A DNA stretch of 64,000 nucleotides from Octopus vulgaris (GCA_951406725.2 OX597834.1:10478001-10542000); one strand, 5' to 3'. Positions 11,903-25,120 are shown, counted from the stretch's first letter. Made by a program: numbers and translations. The notes: a model not told the origin generated them from the sequence alone.

Positions 11903-13054
11903 TCTCACGCAAACCTTGGCCTTTGAAATACACTGTTGATTCTGATATATAAATGTGTGTGTGTGTGCTCGCGCGTGTGCTTGTATTTCCTTCTTTCCTG
12001 AGCGCCCAATAATACTATATTTGTTCACGTCCTCGCGTTGTTGTGTTTTTTGTGCTTTCTTGTTTGGATTAACTTTAAATACATATATATATATCTATGT
12101 GTGTGTGTGTGTGTGTATATATTTGTGTATCTAGGTGTGTGCATATATTTATAGATGTAGGCGCATGAGTGGGTTACTATGAATAACGATCTAATCAAAT
12201 CCTTAGTTACTGTTTGAAACCACTTACCAGTAATCTTAAGTATTGATGTCCAAACTATTTTCTTATCAAAAGCAAAAATACACTTCCATGTTGTTGTCGT
12301 TCCACTATGATCCATGTTCTAAATCTTCATAAACCGTGGAGTGACAATAAATATTTTTTGTGCTGGATATCTTTTATCAAATGATAAACAATGGTATAAA
12401 GCCACACAATTATTTTTGATATGTGAAAATAATAATGGCGTTATTTGGACACAACCGATGCTGTGTATGGGTGAATGAGTTAATATTTAATCCTCATGCT
12501 TTGTTTGTGGTTAGAAAGATTACACGGAAACAGTGATAGATTGTTCTTGTTTTGATTTTTAGTTTAGAACTTAGGCGTGAGAGTACAGCATCTCTACGCT
12601 CGACAACAGCCAGTCTTGATAGTTTAGTTGCTCGCATTATCCCAAGAGCATTATTTTGAGGCAGTTTTCTCTCAGCTTCTACGTTAATCTAGTTGTCTGA
12701 AGATAATGCAAGATGATAAAATTTATTTTGGTAACAAATTGTCTTCTGCAAATAACATTGAATAATGTCTGTTACAAGTCCACTTGTCATGGCGAACACT
12801 TACGATCCTCTATACTCTGACATAAGACTTCCTAGACATAGCACCGTAATATCCCTTACATCTTACATAATACGCAATATTCCATACATATAAACTTATC
12901 ATTTTAATCTACAAGCATAATTTGGAGAATATTGTTTTCGTTATATATTAGAGCGTGCTAGTCACAGGTGAAATGATTGCATGAGTTAAAACAATTACAA
13001 TGATGAAAACGTATTCCTGTTACTAATCCACATGAGTAAATGTATATATATATA

Positions 13055-13468
13055 GGCGCAGGAGTGGCTGTGTGGTAAGTAGCTTGCTAACTAACCACAT
13101 GGTTCCGGGTTCAGCCCCACTGCATAGCATATTGGGCAAGTGTCTTCTGCTATAGCCTCGGGCCGAAAAAGCCTTGTGAGTGGATTTGGTAGATGGAAAC
13201 TGAAAGAAGCCTGTCGTATATATGTATATATATATATATATATATATGTGTATATGTTTGTGTGCCTGTTTGTCCCTCTAGCATTGCTTAACAACCGATG
13301 CTGGTGTGTTTATGTCCCCGTTACTTAGCGGTCGGCAAAAGAGACCGATAGAATAAGTACTGGGCTTACAAAGAATAAGTCCCGGGGTCGATTTGCTTGA
13401 CTGAAGGCCGTGCTCCAGCATGGCCGCAGTCAAATGACTGAAACAAGTAAAAGAGAGAGAGTAAAGAG

Positions 13469-13470
<2 letters not shown>
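13055..13470 (+). mobile_element. SINE family A, full length
   Basis: tRNA-like head ggcgcaggagtggctgtgtggtaag..gggttcagcccc, internal (TA)n, tail ..ctgaaacaagtaaaagag. Confidence 0.9.
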
Positions 13471-13495
<25 letters not shown>

Positions 13496-13499
<4 letters not shown>

Positions 13500-13928
13500 T
13501 AATAGTTATCGCCATACTTATATGGCAGTCTTATAAATATAAGACTAAAGCCGTCGCTGATTAGCTCCAAGAGTCCACCGCCTCAAGCTAGCTATTTGAC
13601 ACACAAACTGCGTCCATTATAAACCTTCGAACAGGGGAGGTCAGCCGCTTCATCCTGCCAGTCAGACAGCTGCAGACATGTTTCAGGGTATTTGCCCTTT
13701 ATCAATGTAGGATAAAGCGGCTGACCTCCGCTGTTCGAAGGTTTATAATGGACGCAGGTTGTGTGTCAAATAGCTAGCTTGAGGCGGTGGCCTCTTCGAG
13801 CTAATCAGCGACAGCTTTAGTCTTATATTTATAAGACTGCCATATAAGTATGGCGATAACTGTTAATTTCCAGTAACGCTGCCGTAATCTCCTTTAGAGA
13901 GACTTAGTAATTTTAATATTTCTATTAT
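13496..13928. mobile_element. (TA)n-embedded inverted-repeat pLTR-like module, family H4
   Basis: About 161-bp arms 13496-13656 / 13709-13869, 52-bp spacer, extra tail to about 13928. Confidence 0.85.
13670..13710 (-). ncRNA. Degenerate type-I hammerhead motif
   Basis: Minus strand ctaca TTGATAA AGGG-caaata-CCCT GAAAC AT GTC tgcag; palindromic stem III ACATGT; two core substitutions. Confidence 0.6.
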
Positions 13929-14982
13929 ATATATACATATTGAAACTGGAACCACATGTCTGAGAAGCAAATCTCTTCCCATTCGTTAGATATGTTATGA
14001 TAATTTTCTCGAAGCTCAATGTGATAATGTAATTAATCAAATAATGTAAAAAAGGGAAATGTTAACACTATAAACAATTATGTTATCAAATATCTCGGCT
14101 GGAATGTAGTCGGTTTTAATTCAAAATATATTGGAGGGTATTATGTGTGCTATTATCCCTGTTATTATTACTACTGTTTCTGGTATTATCCTACGTCCTT
14201 GTGTTGATAATGGGAATAATTAGGAATTGATAAGGTCATAAATTGCCGGAGAAGCTTTAAGTTAATTTAGAATGAATCGAATTACTTCTATTAATTACAA
14301 AATGAAAGCTGTTTTTCTAGTTCAATGGCTTCCAGTGTGAATAGTTCGCTGCTGTTTCAGCAGAACCGCTAAACCCACCGGCTTGTTTTATTTTAAGAAA
14401 CGACAAAATTACTACCAGAGGGTCTCAGGAAAGTCATTAACTATTGTTTCTACCTTTCAATCAACACGCCGGTATAAAGCTATTAAATATTCATAGTACA
14501 AGTGTGATTTTAAAACACGTGAACCTAACCACCAGAGTGTATTTAAGAACAAAATACTTGTGATCAATATCTACATGAGATAAATAGTTTAATCATGTTT
14601 AGTTGAGAGAGTAGACTGAATGTGTCTTATTTGTCGATTGGATTTGAAGCAAGATGTTTTCTTTCTTGGAAAAAAGGCTACACCTAGTCATGGTGTAGTT
14701 GCACTCATCAACACTTCGATCTAAATTATACCAGAATCTTGCACTTTCTAACGTTGTCTAGCTCTGTCACAGTTCTTTGGTAAGAGTCTATGATTTAAAA
14801 AGCATTATAGTACTTTGTAAATATAGAGCAATAATAGAAGCTCAATGTACGCAACTGAATTAAAAATAAATTTAAATAACCAGCCAGGCATGCACCATTG
14901 AAGAACAAGAAATTTCGCTTTTCGTCTGAATAAAATACCTAATAGACATGGCGTGTTAAATATTTATCTGAAACAAATAATA

Positions 14983-15403
14983 GGCATAGGAGTGACTGTG
15001 TGGTAAGTAGCTTGCTAAATAACCACATGGTTCCGGGTTCAGTCCCACTGCGTGGTACCTTGGGCAAGTGTCTTCTTCTATAGTCTCGGGCCAACCAAAG
15101 CCTTGTGAGTGGATTTGGTAGACGGAAACTGAAAGAAACCTGTCGTATATATGTATAATATATATGTATGTGTGTGTGGGTATATGTTTGTGTGTCTGTG
15201 TTTGTCTCCACCGACATCGCTTGACAACCGATGGGGGTGTGTTTACGTCCCCGTAACTTAGTGGTTCGGCAAAAGAGTGCGATAGAATAAGTACTAGGCT
15301 TACAAAGAATAACTCCCGGGGTCGATTTGCTCGACTAAAGGCGGTACTCCAGCATGGCCACAGTCAAATGACTGAAACAAGTAAAAGAGTAAAGAGTAAA
15401 GAG
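14983..15403 (+). mobile_element. SINE family A, full length
   Basis: As 13055-13470. Further partial family-A copies near 8108, 16975, 17826, 22830, 23300, 24325, 38410, 39590, 43346, 43645. Confidence 0.9.
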
Positions 15404-15781
15404 AGATAGAGACGGAAAATGGAATACACGGGAAACCTTATTGCTTATAATGATCAGTTCGACATTTCCTGCATTGAAACTTGGCGGGTAGGAAACCATA
15501 TAGCAAAATGTGGTGCATCCCTCGGAGCAGAAGCGTCCCGTCAGGTGATGCAATAAGAGGTATTTCATTAGATGAACTCTGTTTCGCTCGGATATAGTAC
15601 AATATGTTGTAGGTTTAAGCCGCTGGGCTGGAATGGCGAGGGACAGATTTCGTTGCAAAGTTATTGATATAGACAGGGGGTAATAAAAAATATAAGAATA
15701 ATAATAAGAATAAGTGACACGTTAGATGTGTCAGTACGCAGGTATAGTTACTTCTATACACACACACTCGCTCATAAGGAT

Positions 15782-16058
15782 AAGTTTCTTTATTGGCCAC
15801 ACAGGGCTGCACACAAATGGGATAAGTTACATGGTAGAGCTTTTCTTTTGGGGGCTGAAAAAAAAACAAAAAAACAAAAAAAACAAAAGAAAAAAAGGTG
15901 GCGTAGGTTTTCGATCAAAAGGGATCGTAAAAAGGAAAAAAATAAAATAAAAAAAGAAGAAAAAAAAGAAAAAAGGAAAAGGAAGAAAAGAAAAGAGAAA
16001 TGAAAAAAAGAAGAATAAAGGGGAAAAAAGGGGAAGAGGAAAAAAAAAACGATCAATA
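15782..16058 (-). mobile_element. Pyrimidine-rich retroposon 3' end, family T
   Basis: Reverse complement of 37290-37566 and 42214-42480; ends gtggccAATAAAgaaacttatc. Confidence 0.7.
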
Positions 16059-16336
16059 TATAGATAGTTAATTAGATGTCATTAAATTGTCCAGACATTC
16101 TTGTGTTCTGCTGTGAAGCAAGGCTGGAAAATCTCATATCTCCCTAACTACCCATATGAACAAGGACGCAACTACGAGGAAAACTGACTCGTTTTTATAG
16201 TACAAATTATTGACGTACCCCGGTACTGAATTTCAAATAACTGCCACATGCTCTAATATCACATGCCCCGGCCATACAAAGAGACAAAAAGGGACATAAG
16301 AGTATTGTATTATTGTATTCTTTAAATATAGACATA

Positions 16337-16733
16337 CTAGCAGTATCGCCCGGCGTTGCTCGAGTTTGTAAGGGAAATAACTATATAAGCATTTTTAGAG
16401 AGTTATAGCCAAAAAATAGCAAAAAAATGCATTAAAGATGGAAAAAGAATGATGGTAAATTTTTTTTTAAGTCGTTTACTCATCGTAGACATTTTTAGAG
16501 AGTTACTTCCCGTATATAATAGCAAAAAAATGCATTAAAATGGAAAAAAATTATTGTAATTTTTTTTTTAATCGTAGATTCATCGTAGACGCGCGCTAAT
16601 ACCCAGAAGGGCTCGATATGAATCGCGACTATAAGATACCCGGTTTTGGTTAAACTGCACCGCAAAATGTGGGAGTAGTTAGGAATCTAAATCGTAGGAG
16701 ACAGACACACAACTTTAGTTTTATATATAAAGA
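16337..16733 (-). mobile_element. Non-autonomous Helitron
   Basis: Minus strand starts A|TC(tttatatataaaa), ends cgagcaacgccgggcgatactgCTAG|T with subterminal GC-rich hairpin, no TSD; internal about 100-bp tandem duplication. Confidence 0.8.
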
Positions 16734-17712
16734 TATACACTCAGAGATTACCCTCAAGTGCATACTCTCACTCATACTCACACATATGGCTATTGTTTTA
16801 TTTTATTGATGTTGTTTTCTTATGTAGGTGGAGGTACGCTGTCCTGAGCCAAGAACAGGAATGTCATGAATGGAACGCTGCTAAATCAGGAATGACCTGT
16901 GTCTAAATAGCAGAATACCTAATAAAATACCTAATAGACACGGCGTGTTAAATACACATATGAAACAAATGATAGGCGTAGGAGTGGCTGCGTGGTAAGT
17001 AGCTTGCTTACAAACCACATGGTTCCGGGTTCAGTCCCACTGCGTGGCACCTTGGGCAAGTGTCTTCTTCTTTAGTCTCGGGCCAACCAAAAACTTGTGA
17101 GTGGATTTGGTAGACGGAAACTGAAAGAAGCCTGACGTATATACGTATAATATATTGTCAAAGCTGTAATAACAATGGCATGAGGTCTACACAATCACAG
17201 TTGTCCTGATGTTAAGCAGCAGCAGTAATAACAATAGCATCAAGAAACGCATCAATGATGTTTGCTTGAAATTTGATTAAACATCGGAAAGATTGGTGTT
17301 TACAAATTTCGTGGCTATTCATATTGTGATGCAGAAGAGTAAAACATACCCGGTAGTGTCGTCAAATTTGCTTAGATCTGTAAGTTGATTACTAACTTAG
17401 AACAACATTAGTTTTATAACTTCTTCATCTAGGGAGCTAAAGTAGAATCTTATCATTTGAACGCACAGGTAAGGTGTCAGTTATAGAATCGGCATGGACT
17501 TTTGAAGTCGGTATTACATCCATCCAATTCTCAGTATGGGAAAAATTCAACACTCACACAAGCAGACAGAGACTCTTAGATACGTGCATACACTTAGGTT
17601 TGTAAGTGATAGTATATAGTATATACCCGCATTCAAACGTAACTAAACCACATTGTATTTTCACGCCATAGCCATCCATTGACAATATTCAGACTGGTGT
17701 TAAACATATTGG

Positions 17713-17820
17713 GGAGGCGCAATGGTCCAGTGGTTAGGGCAGCGGACTCACGGTCGTAAGATCGCGGTTTCGATTCCCAGACCGGGCGTTGTGAGTGTTT
17801 ATTGAGCGAAAACACCTAAA
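17713..17820 (+). mobile_element. SINE family C head (tRNA-like), joined to a family-A 5' half
   Basis: ggaggcgcaatggtccagtggttagggcagcggac..gtttcgattccc; relatives at 40655-40986 (-) and 51443-51720 (+). Confidence 0.8.
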
Positions 17821-17962
17821 AACACCTGTGTGGTAAGAAGCTTGCTTCCCAACTACACAGTTCCGGGTTCAGTCCCAATTGGGCAAGAGCTTTTACTGTA
17901 GCCTCGGGCGGACCAAAGAATTGTGAATGGATCTAGTAGAGGGAAACTGAAAGAAGCCCTTC

Positions 17963-18041
<79 letters not shown>

Positions 18042-18229
18042 AGTGTATTTTTACCTTATTAACAATTAACACGGAAAAATAAATAAATAGTTACCAGGGC
18101 AGCAAAAATCTCATAAGTAAAGGTGTTGTAACTCCTTGTTTATAAAGGTAGAAACTTCGTGTTTACGTTGAATATTTTGAATAATATGAATAAAAAATGG
18201 AGTTAACGCAGGTGTAATCAAGTATTTTT

Positions 18230-18315
18230 ACTTTCGACACATGTTTCGAAAATTCCACTTATACTATTCAAAAGAATAAATGGTATAAACAATGCAATCT
18301 TCTCCCCAGGAAAGT
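18230..18315 (-). ncRNA. Hammerhead motif, left-arm copy with core change (CTGGGGA)
   Basis: Reverse complement of 21114-21199 with A->G in the core. Confidence 0.65.
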
Positions 18316-18516
18316 GAAAAAAACGAAACTCGTCAAGAAGACATTTTAGCAAAAAATGATGGATTTGTATAGCGATAGACAGAACGCTATTAATATTGTT
18401 TTAAAAAACGTTATATGATATAACGTCATAAGTAGCTAACAGAAAGAGTAGGAATATTAATAGTGAATGTTAGATATAAAGGAAATTAAAGTTTAAATTA
18501 TATATAATGATAGAGA

Positions 18517-20103
18517 CTACTTATATGCACTAAATGTATGTTTTTGCCAATGCTTACATCTTTATGCTCGCTCTATAACCGTGTTTACTAGAGTATTTTT
18601 AGAAAAAATAATGAAAAATAGCTCAGAATTGCAGAGAAGACAGAATTTCTTGCCTTTGTCATATGATATCGAAATTGAGAGAATCAACCATTCTAAATGA
18701 AATTGTTCATTGTGGTCTTTTAAATCCCAAATCAGTTTGCCGAGACCGGTACTATACCGTTTATTTCTATCCCTAAATGTTGAGTAATGGATAGAAATTC
18801 TTTTAGATAACTCCAACGATGTGCTTCCAATGTAAAATCGTACTTTATTACGAGTACTGATTATACACTGGTATATAGAATTTTAAATCTTAGAGTTAGT
18901 TGACATAAACTTAATTCTATTGGAATTGACTTCGTCAAAAACGATTTTTAAGCCCATTCTACTGAAAAAATTAACTAAACTATTCTTAACTTTTTGTACC
19001 TTTTGGTTGGAAACATTTTGGAGGTAAAGTAAACAATCATCACGATATAGACCTCCATAAATGTTAGGGAACTCTTCAGCCATTTCAAAAAGAATGTATA
19101 TACAGACCAAATTAGCTATCTGTGCTGAATCAGAACTTCCCATTGGTATATCGAAACTATCTGGTGTGTCTTTACGGACCCACAACTTATCATCAAATTT
19201 AATAATAGATCTTCTGGCTGCCAACACAACATTAATTTCTTCTAGGGTGAGACCAGCTTTGTTATGAGCAAGCCAAAGTGCCTTATTAAGTACTATTGGA
19301 TTAATAGATGAATAAAAATTGGAAATATCAAACTGGATAAACTTAGTACTCACCTCATTGGTAATAGAACTAAACCAGTCAACTATTTCAAATGAATTAG
19401 TCCTTAAACTAAGTTTTAATGTTTTGATTAAATTAGGAATATATTTATCTAGTATATTTTTACTAAGGATACCGATGTTAGAGCTAGAAGGGCAGATGAG
19501 CCTTAATGATGGGTTAGTAAAAACATTTGGTTTGTGATCCTTCAAAATGAACCGAGGTTGCTTAGGAACAAGTGGTTCTGTCTTCATTTGTAGGTTATAT
19601 TTCTCCATGATTTTCATAGCCTCAATGTTGGCTTTTTTAAGTATTCTTTTATCAGCAATTTTATACCTTTTCTGAATTTCTTTTTTAAGTTATTCCAAAT
19701 AATAGTCTTTATAAAGTTTGTACAGATTTCCAGTCTTATCAGATTGAACCAACATAGTATCCATAGAATTGATTTCTTTGGTGATGTTGCGAAGATACCT
19801 CAGATGTTTATTTCTTAGTGGTGATCGTTGAAATTTTACATTTCTCACAATGGACCAGAGATCATCTTCAAATTGCTTCAATCTTGGGTTAGGCGGCGGA
19901 ATATTTTTAGATTTAAATAACTTGTTGAACTCAGATGTTTTATCATTAGTGTGTTGTTGAGTGTCATTTTTGTCAAAGAAAAGGATATGCCATCTTATTC
20001 GGTTGATGAATGAATTTATCTTATTGACAAGTTGTTTAAGGAAAACATTCTCAGGTGGAATAGGAATGTCCTTAAGAGATACGTTAATATTCAATACCTC
20101 CAT
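18517..20103 (-). pseudogene. Penelope-like RT + GIY-YIG ORF, three in-frame TAA stops, internal deletion
   Basis: ORFs 20103-19690, 19617-18883 and 18816-18562 share one frame: SLKDIPIP..RIRWHILFF..DKTGNLY..LKDHKPN..QFDISNFYSSI..PMGSSDSAQIANLV..GLYRDD..SIYQC..FYIGST..LIWDLK..CLLC..RCKH. Confidence 0.9.
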
Positions 20104-20198
20104 ATGCTGTAACTATTCAGTTAGCAGGTTATTAATAAACCTGATTAAAGTATTATCGATCTAAAAGTAAATATAACACCTTTAAAAGTAATTACGCT

Positions 20199-20912
20199 AT
20201 GAATACTAGTAAAAATATTTGGTTAATAATTCCTTACGGGAGACAAATTAAATCTAATCTCCCACTGCTGTTTCGTCAAGCTATTGCTAGGAACTTTCCA
20301 AACAATTCTAGATATTACTCTATAATCAATTCACATAAGGTTAGGATAGGTTTTTCAAACACAAACAATCTCTTGCAAATTATCTCTTCTCATAATAACA
20401 AACTGTTAAATATTAATACATTTACTAATACTAACATTAATTTAGCTGATACCATCCAACCCTCTAGAAATATTAATAACAAGGTTATTGTATCTGAAGT
20501 CAATTCCAATAGAATTAGGTTTATGTCAAGTAACTCTAAGATTTAAAATTCTATATACCAGTGTATAATCAGTACTCGTAATAAAGTACGATTTTACATT
20601 GGAAGCACATCGTTAGAGTTATCTAAAATAATTTCTATCCATTACTCAACATTTAGGGATAGAAATAAACGGAATAGTACCGGTCTCAGCAAACTGATTT
20701 GCGGTTTAAAAGACCACAATGAACAATTTCTTTTAGAATGGTTGATTCTCTCAATTTCGATACCATATGACAAAGGCAAGAAATTCTGTCTTCTCTGCAA
20801 TTCTGAGCTTTTTTTCATTATTTTTTCTAAAAATACTCTAGTAAACACGGTTATAGAGCGAGCATACAGATGTAAGCATTGGCAAAAACATACATTTAGT
20901 GCATATAAGTAG
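20199..20912 (+). pseudogene. Inverted 5'-truncated copy: linker + GIY-YIG
   Basis: IWLIIPYG..NFPNNSRYYSIINSHKVRIGFS..IISSHNNKLL (linker) then NSIYQC..FYIGST..CLLC..RCKH with stops. Confidence 0.85.
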
Positions 20913-21113
20913 TTTCTATCATTATATATAATTTAAACTTTAATTTCCTTTATATCTAACATTCACTATTAATACCCCTACTCTTTCTGTTAGCTACTTA
21001 TGACGTTATATCATATAACGTTTTTTTAAACAATATTAATAGCATTCTGTCTATCGCTATACAAATCCATCATTTTTTGCTAAAATGTCTTATTGACGAG
21101 TTTCGTTTTTTTC

Positions 21114-21199
21114 ACTTTCCTGAGGAGAAGATTGCATTGTTTATACCATTTATTCTTTTGAATAGTATAAGTGGAATTTTCGAAACATGTGTCGAAAGT
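21114..21199 (+). ncRNA. Type-I hammerhead ribozyme with long stem II, in Penelope 3' UTR/pLTR
   Basis: actttc CTGAGGA [gaagatt..ttatac..attc-tttt-gaat..gtataa..aattttc] GAAAC atgt GTC gaaagt; 6-bp stem I, intact core, GUC triplet. Confidence 0.85.
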
Positions 21200-21238
21200 A
21201 AAAATATTTGATTACACCTGCGTTAACTCCATTTTTTA

Positions 21239-21284
<46 letters not shown>

Positions 21285-21339
21285 TATTAGATCTTGAAGT
21301 ATGAAATTTGCAGAAAAGAAAAATAAGTTTGCCAAATAC

Positions 21340-22331
21340 GTTTTATAGTAATAGTTTTATTTATCAAATATTCACCAACATTCTCGATACACGTTTGCCG
21401 TTTCAGCAATAGCTTATCCAGCCCTTAAATGTAAAAGCCGGGCAATCTAGAATCAACAAAATCTTGGCAGGCCTGTTTTACAACATCGTCGGAATTTTAG
21501 TCAGTGGGAGCAAGATCAGGTGAGTTTGGTGGATGATGAAGAACTTCCAACTCCAACTCCTATAGTTTCGCCGAAGTCATTTTTGCGATGTGTGGTCTGG
21601 CGTTGTCTTGCAATAAAATGGGAGTGCATCTATTGATTAATCTAGACTGTTTTTTGTAAGTTTCTGGATCATTTGTTCCAGTTGACTGCAGAATACTTCG
21701 GCCGTGATTGATGAGCCAGGTTTAAAGAAATTATAATGGCTCACACCTGCGCCAGACCACCAAACACACACCGTCAGCTTCTTTTGATGAATTTTGGTTT
21801 TGGACAGTGTTTTGGTGGTTCGTCTTTGTCCAACCATTGTGCTGAACGTTTACGGTTGTTTAATTGGATCCATTTTTCATCACATGTTACAATTCGATTA
21901 AAAAATGATTCATTTTCGTGACAAGAAAGTAGCATAATGCAGGCTTCCAAACGTTGCTGTTTCTGATTTTCATTGAGTTCATGTGGAACACACTTATCTA
22001 AATTTTTCCCTTTACCGATTTGAACTATGTGAGTCAATATTGTTTGCTTGCTATCACAAAACAACAACAATAATCCACAGGCACTTTGAGATGGATCTGA
22101 CTCGACGCTGGTTTTCAGTTCGTCATTATCCACCTTTGTCTCTGGTCGACCATGTTGCTCATTTGTAAGGTCAAAGTTACCAGAATGGAATTCTGCAAAC
22201 CAATTTGATACTGCCTGCTGTGTAATAACATTAGAATAAAATACTCGATTAATATTCCGAGCTGTCTGCGATGTTTTATTTCCAAGAAAGCACTCATACT
22301 TCAAAACGGTACGAATTTCCGACTTATCCAT
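21340..22331 (-). pseudogene. Decayed mariner transposase
   Basis: MDKSEIR..CVPHEL (WVPHEL motif)..IVTCDEKW..frameshift..VCVWW..LQDNARPH..HPPNSPDLAPTD; TIRs not resolved. Confidence 0.92.
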
Positions 22332-22731
22332 CTCTAAACAAAATAGCAAAAATTGATTTATAGATACTTTATAAAGCACAAAAGGAATTAGAATAAAGAA
22401 ATAGAGGTATCAGCTTTCTAATAAAGAAAAATAACGATTGTCAAAATACAATAATGGCACAAAATGAGCAGCTATAAATGTTTACCACATAGAAGTTAAT
22501 ATTTTTGATTTTTGCTGAGATTTTTCTTGAGAACACATTCTTCGTAGTAATGGCGACTTGACGTCTATGTTTAGCATAAAGACTGTCCACTTTTAAAGTC
22601 AGTCCTTTTAATATTGTATGTAAAAAATATTTTAATCTTCGAATTTTTAAAAATATGCTACGACACTGGTTTTAATTGATTAATATCAATTTCTACCCTT
22701 ATTTAATTATATATATATACATATCTATATA

Positions 22732-22819
<88 letters not shown>

Positions 22820-24227
22820 ATATATATATTTATGTCTTGTTTGTCCTCTCACCATCGCTTGACAACCAATGCTAGTGTGTTTATGTCCCGGTAACTAACA
22901 GTTCGACAAAAGAGAACGATAGAATAAGTACTAGGCTTACAAAGAATAAGTCTTGGTATTGATTTGTTCAACTAAAGGCGGTGCTCCAGCATGGCCGCAG
23001 TGAAATTACTGAAATAAGTAAAAGAATGAAAGAACGCTTTTGATTGGCTAATGGTGTTGTCATTCAAACTCTGTTTATGTCGGCTGCAAAACCATATCGT
23101 GTTTATCTAAAATGTCTGTTGATTGTTGTAGAGCTGTTTACTTGCTTATCTGTTAATCATTTACATGTTTCAATTTTTTTTTTCTGCAGCCGCCGGTAGT
23201 TTATGTTTCTCATCTTCTGTTTAGCTAACGATGTCGTGCAGTCTAATTTGTACAAAGAATATTGTTTTTGCCTCTTTATTGAAGATAACTTTACTCTTTT
23301 ACCCTTTTACTTGCTTCAGTCATTTGACTGGGGCCATACTGCAGCACCGCCTTTAATCGAGCAACTCGAACCCGGGACTTATTCTTACACTTGCCCAAGG
23401 TGCCACGCAGTGGGACTGAACCCGGAACCATGTGGTTGGTAAACAAGCTACTTACCTCACAGCCACTGCTACGCCTGTTTTCAACGTGATTTCAAATTCA
23501 ATTCTGGTCCTATCCGAATCACAGTTTCGGCTCCTGCTTCTTCCAATACTGGTGAACAATTTGATGTTCAACCTGTTTGCAAATCCAATCTTTTTTTTTT
23601 TTTTATATTTTAGTGAATTAATTATTCTGTCTACGAAGTGTTATCATCTCTTACCACCTGTTGTACAAGCATATTTGCCGAGTAATTGTTTTATATTAAT
23701 TTCTGCTCCACAATCACGGGAAAGATATAAGCAATTTATAACTGATTATTTCCAGTCATCGAATTGTATTATTCTCCCCTGAGTTTGAATTTTGGTTTGC
23801 TTCGATATTACGGAATGCGTGCGTGAATTATTTAAGGCAGGTTTCATCTCTTCCGTTTGTTATCCTGATATCGTATTTGTCACTATGCATACCCCACCCG
23901 TGTGGTGACGGATATCTGTCTTAATCAAAATATATTAGAAGACAGTTTAGGTTGTCTCACCAGACATCCTATTATTTCTTCTTCATTCATAGTTGTGTCC
24001 TGGAGGAGGTGGATGCATCCAATTAGGAATTATAAAACGATAACAATTAAATAGAGAAGCCTCAATATATACGTCGTATGAATAATGAAAAAAATTGTTT
24101 ACATCTTCTATTTCAATGCATTACGTTGTTGTCTTTCATCGAAGTTTCAGTCGTAATAAAAAAAATCTATAAGCAATTTTGATAATCACGCACACACACA
24201 CATATTTGTATGTGCGTGCCTTCGCGC

Positions 24228-24260
<33 letters not shown>

Positions 24261-24507
24261 TGTGTAGGTCTGTGTATTTATTTTGATACTAAAACTGGGG
24301 AAACAAAACTGTATATATTATATATTACTTATTTCAGTCATTTCACTGCGGACATGCTGGAGCATCGCCTTTAGTTGAACAAATCAACCCCAATACTTAT
24401 TCTATCGTTCTCTTTTGTCGAACCACTAGTTACCGTGACATAAACACAGTCACAAACACACACACACATACATGCATACATACATACATATATACATACA
24501 GACATAT

Positions 24508-24602
<95 letters not shown>

Positions 24603-24609
24603 GAGAGAG

Positions 24610-25120
24610 AGCAATAAGAAAATGGAGGGGATCAATAATTGGTTCATCAACTTTTAGACATTGTATTATGTCAATTTACTTATTTATTTATTTATTTATT
24701 TATTTACTAAAATGAGAATTACAAGAATATACACACATGTATAACATATTATGCTTTGCATATATATAAAATATAATAAAGACAGCAGTAATTATTATAT
24801 TTTATATGTAAGCATAATATCATACATGTATGTATACTCTTGTAATTGTCATTTTAGTAATCAAATAAATAAATTGACATAAGATAATGTCTAAAAGTTG
24901 ATGAACCACCTATTGATCCCCTCCATTTTCTTATTGCTGTATACATTAATGGTAAAATAAACCTTTACCCTCACCCATTTAATACACTCGGTAATATAAT
25001 TGCAACGCAATAAAAAAGCACTTGGATATTAATAACTGGGTATTCTAACAGCAAGTATATTGGATAGATATTATCCCTTAGTGGGTTGGATTCACAACCT
25101 CTAACATTCTTAGAATTAAA
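24610..25120. mobile_element. (TA)n-embedded inverted-repeat module, no hammerhead seen
   Basis: Diverged arms 24610-24779 / 24792-24938, extra tail to about 25120. Confidence 0.7.

Larger units (their letters stand above)
18040..21245. mobile_element. Penelope-like retroelement (Naiad-type), head-to-head inverted structure in (TA)n
   Basis: About 750-bp inverted arms 18184-18933 / 20496-21245; RT and GIY-YIG homology; hammerhead in each arm; microsatellite on both flanks. Confidence 0.92.

Noticed and set aside
17713-17790. tRNA gene (also other SINE heads)
   Set aside because: tRNA-like A/B boxes run into SINE bodies in multiple copies; no clean cloverleaf
18517-21245. Selenocysteine recoding, reported for some Naiad elements
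   Set aside because: In-frame stops are TAA, not TGA, and I see no SECIS-like fold; the TGA near 872 sits at the Arg of CNCR and fits CpG decay
23175-23600. Strong-looking splice acceptor (t)nctgcag at about 23189 as an exon start
   Set aside because: All three frames hit stops within about 15 codons and a SINE interrupts the region
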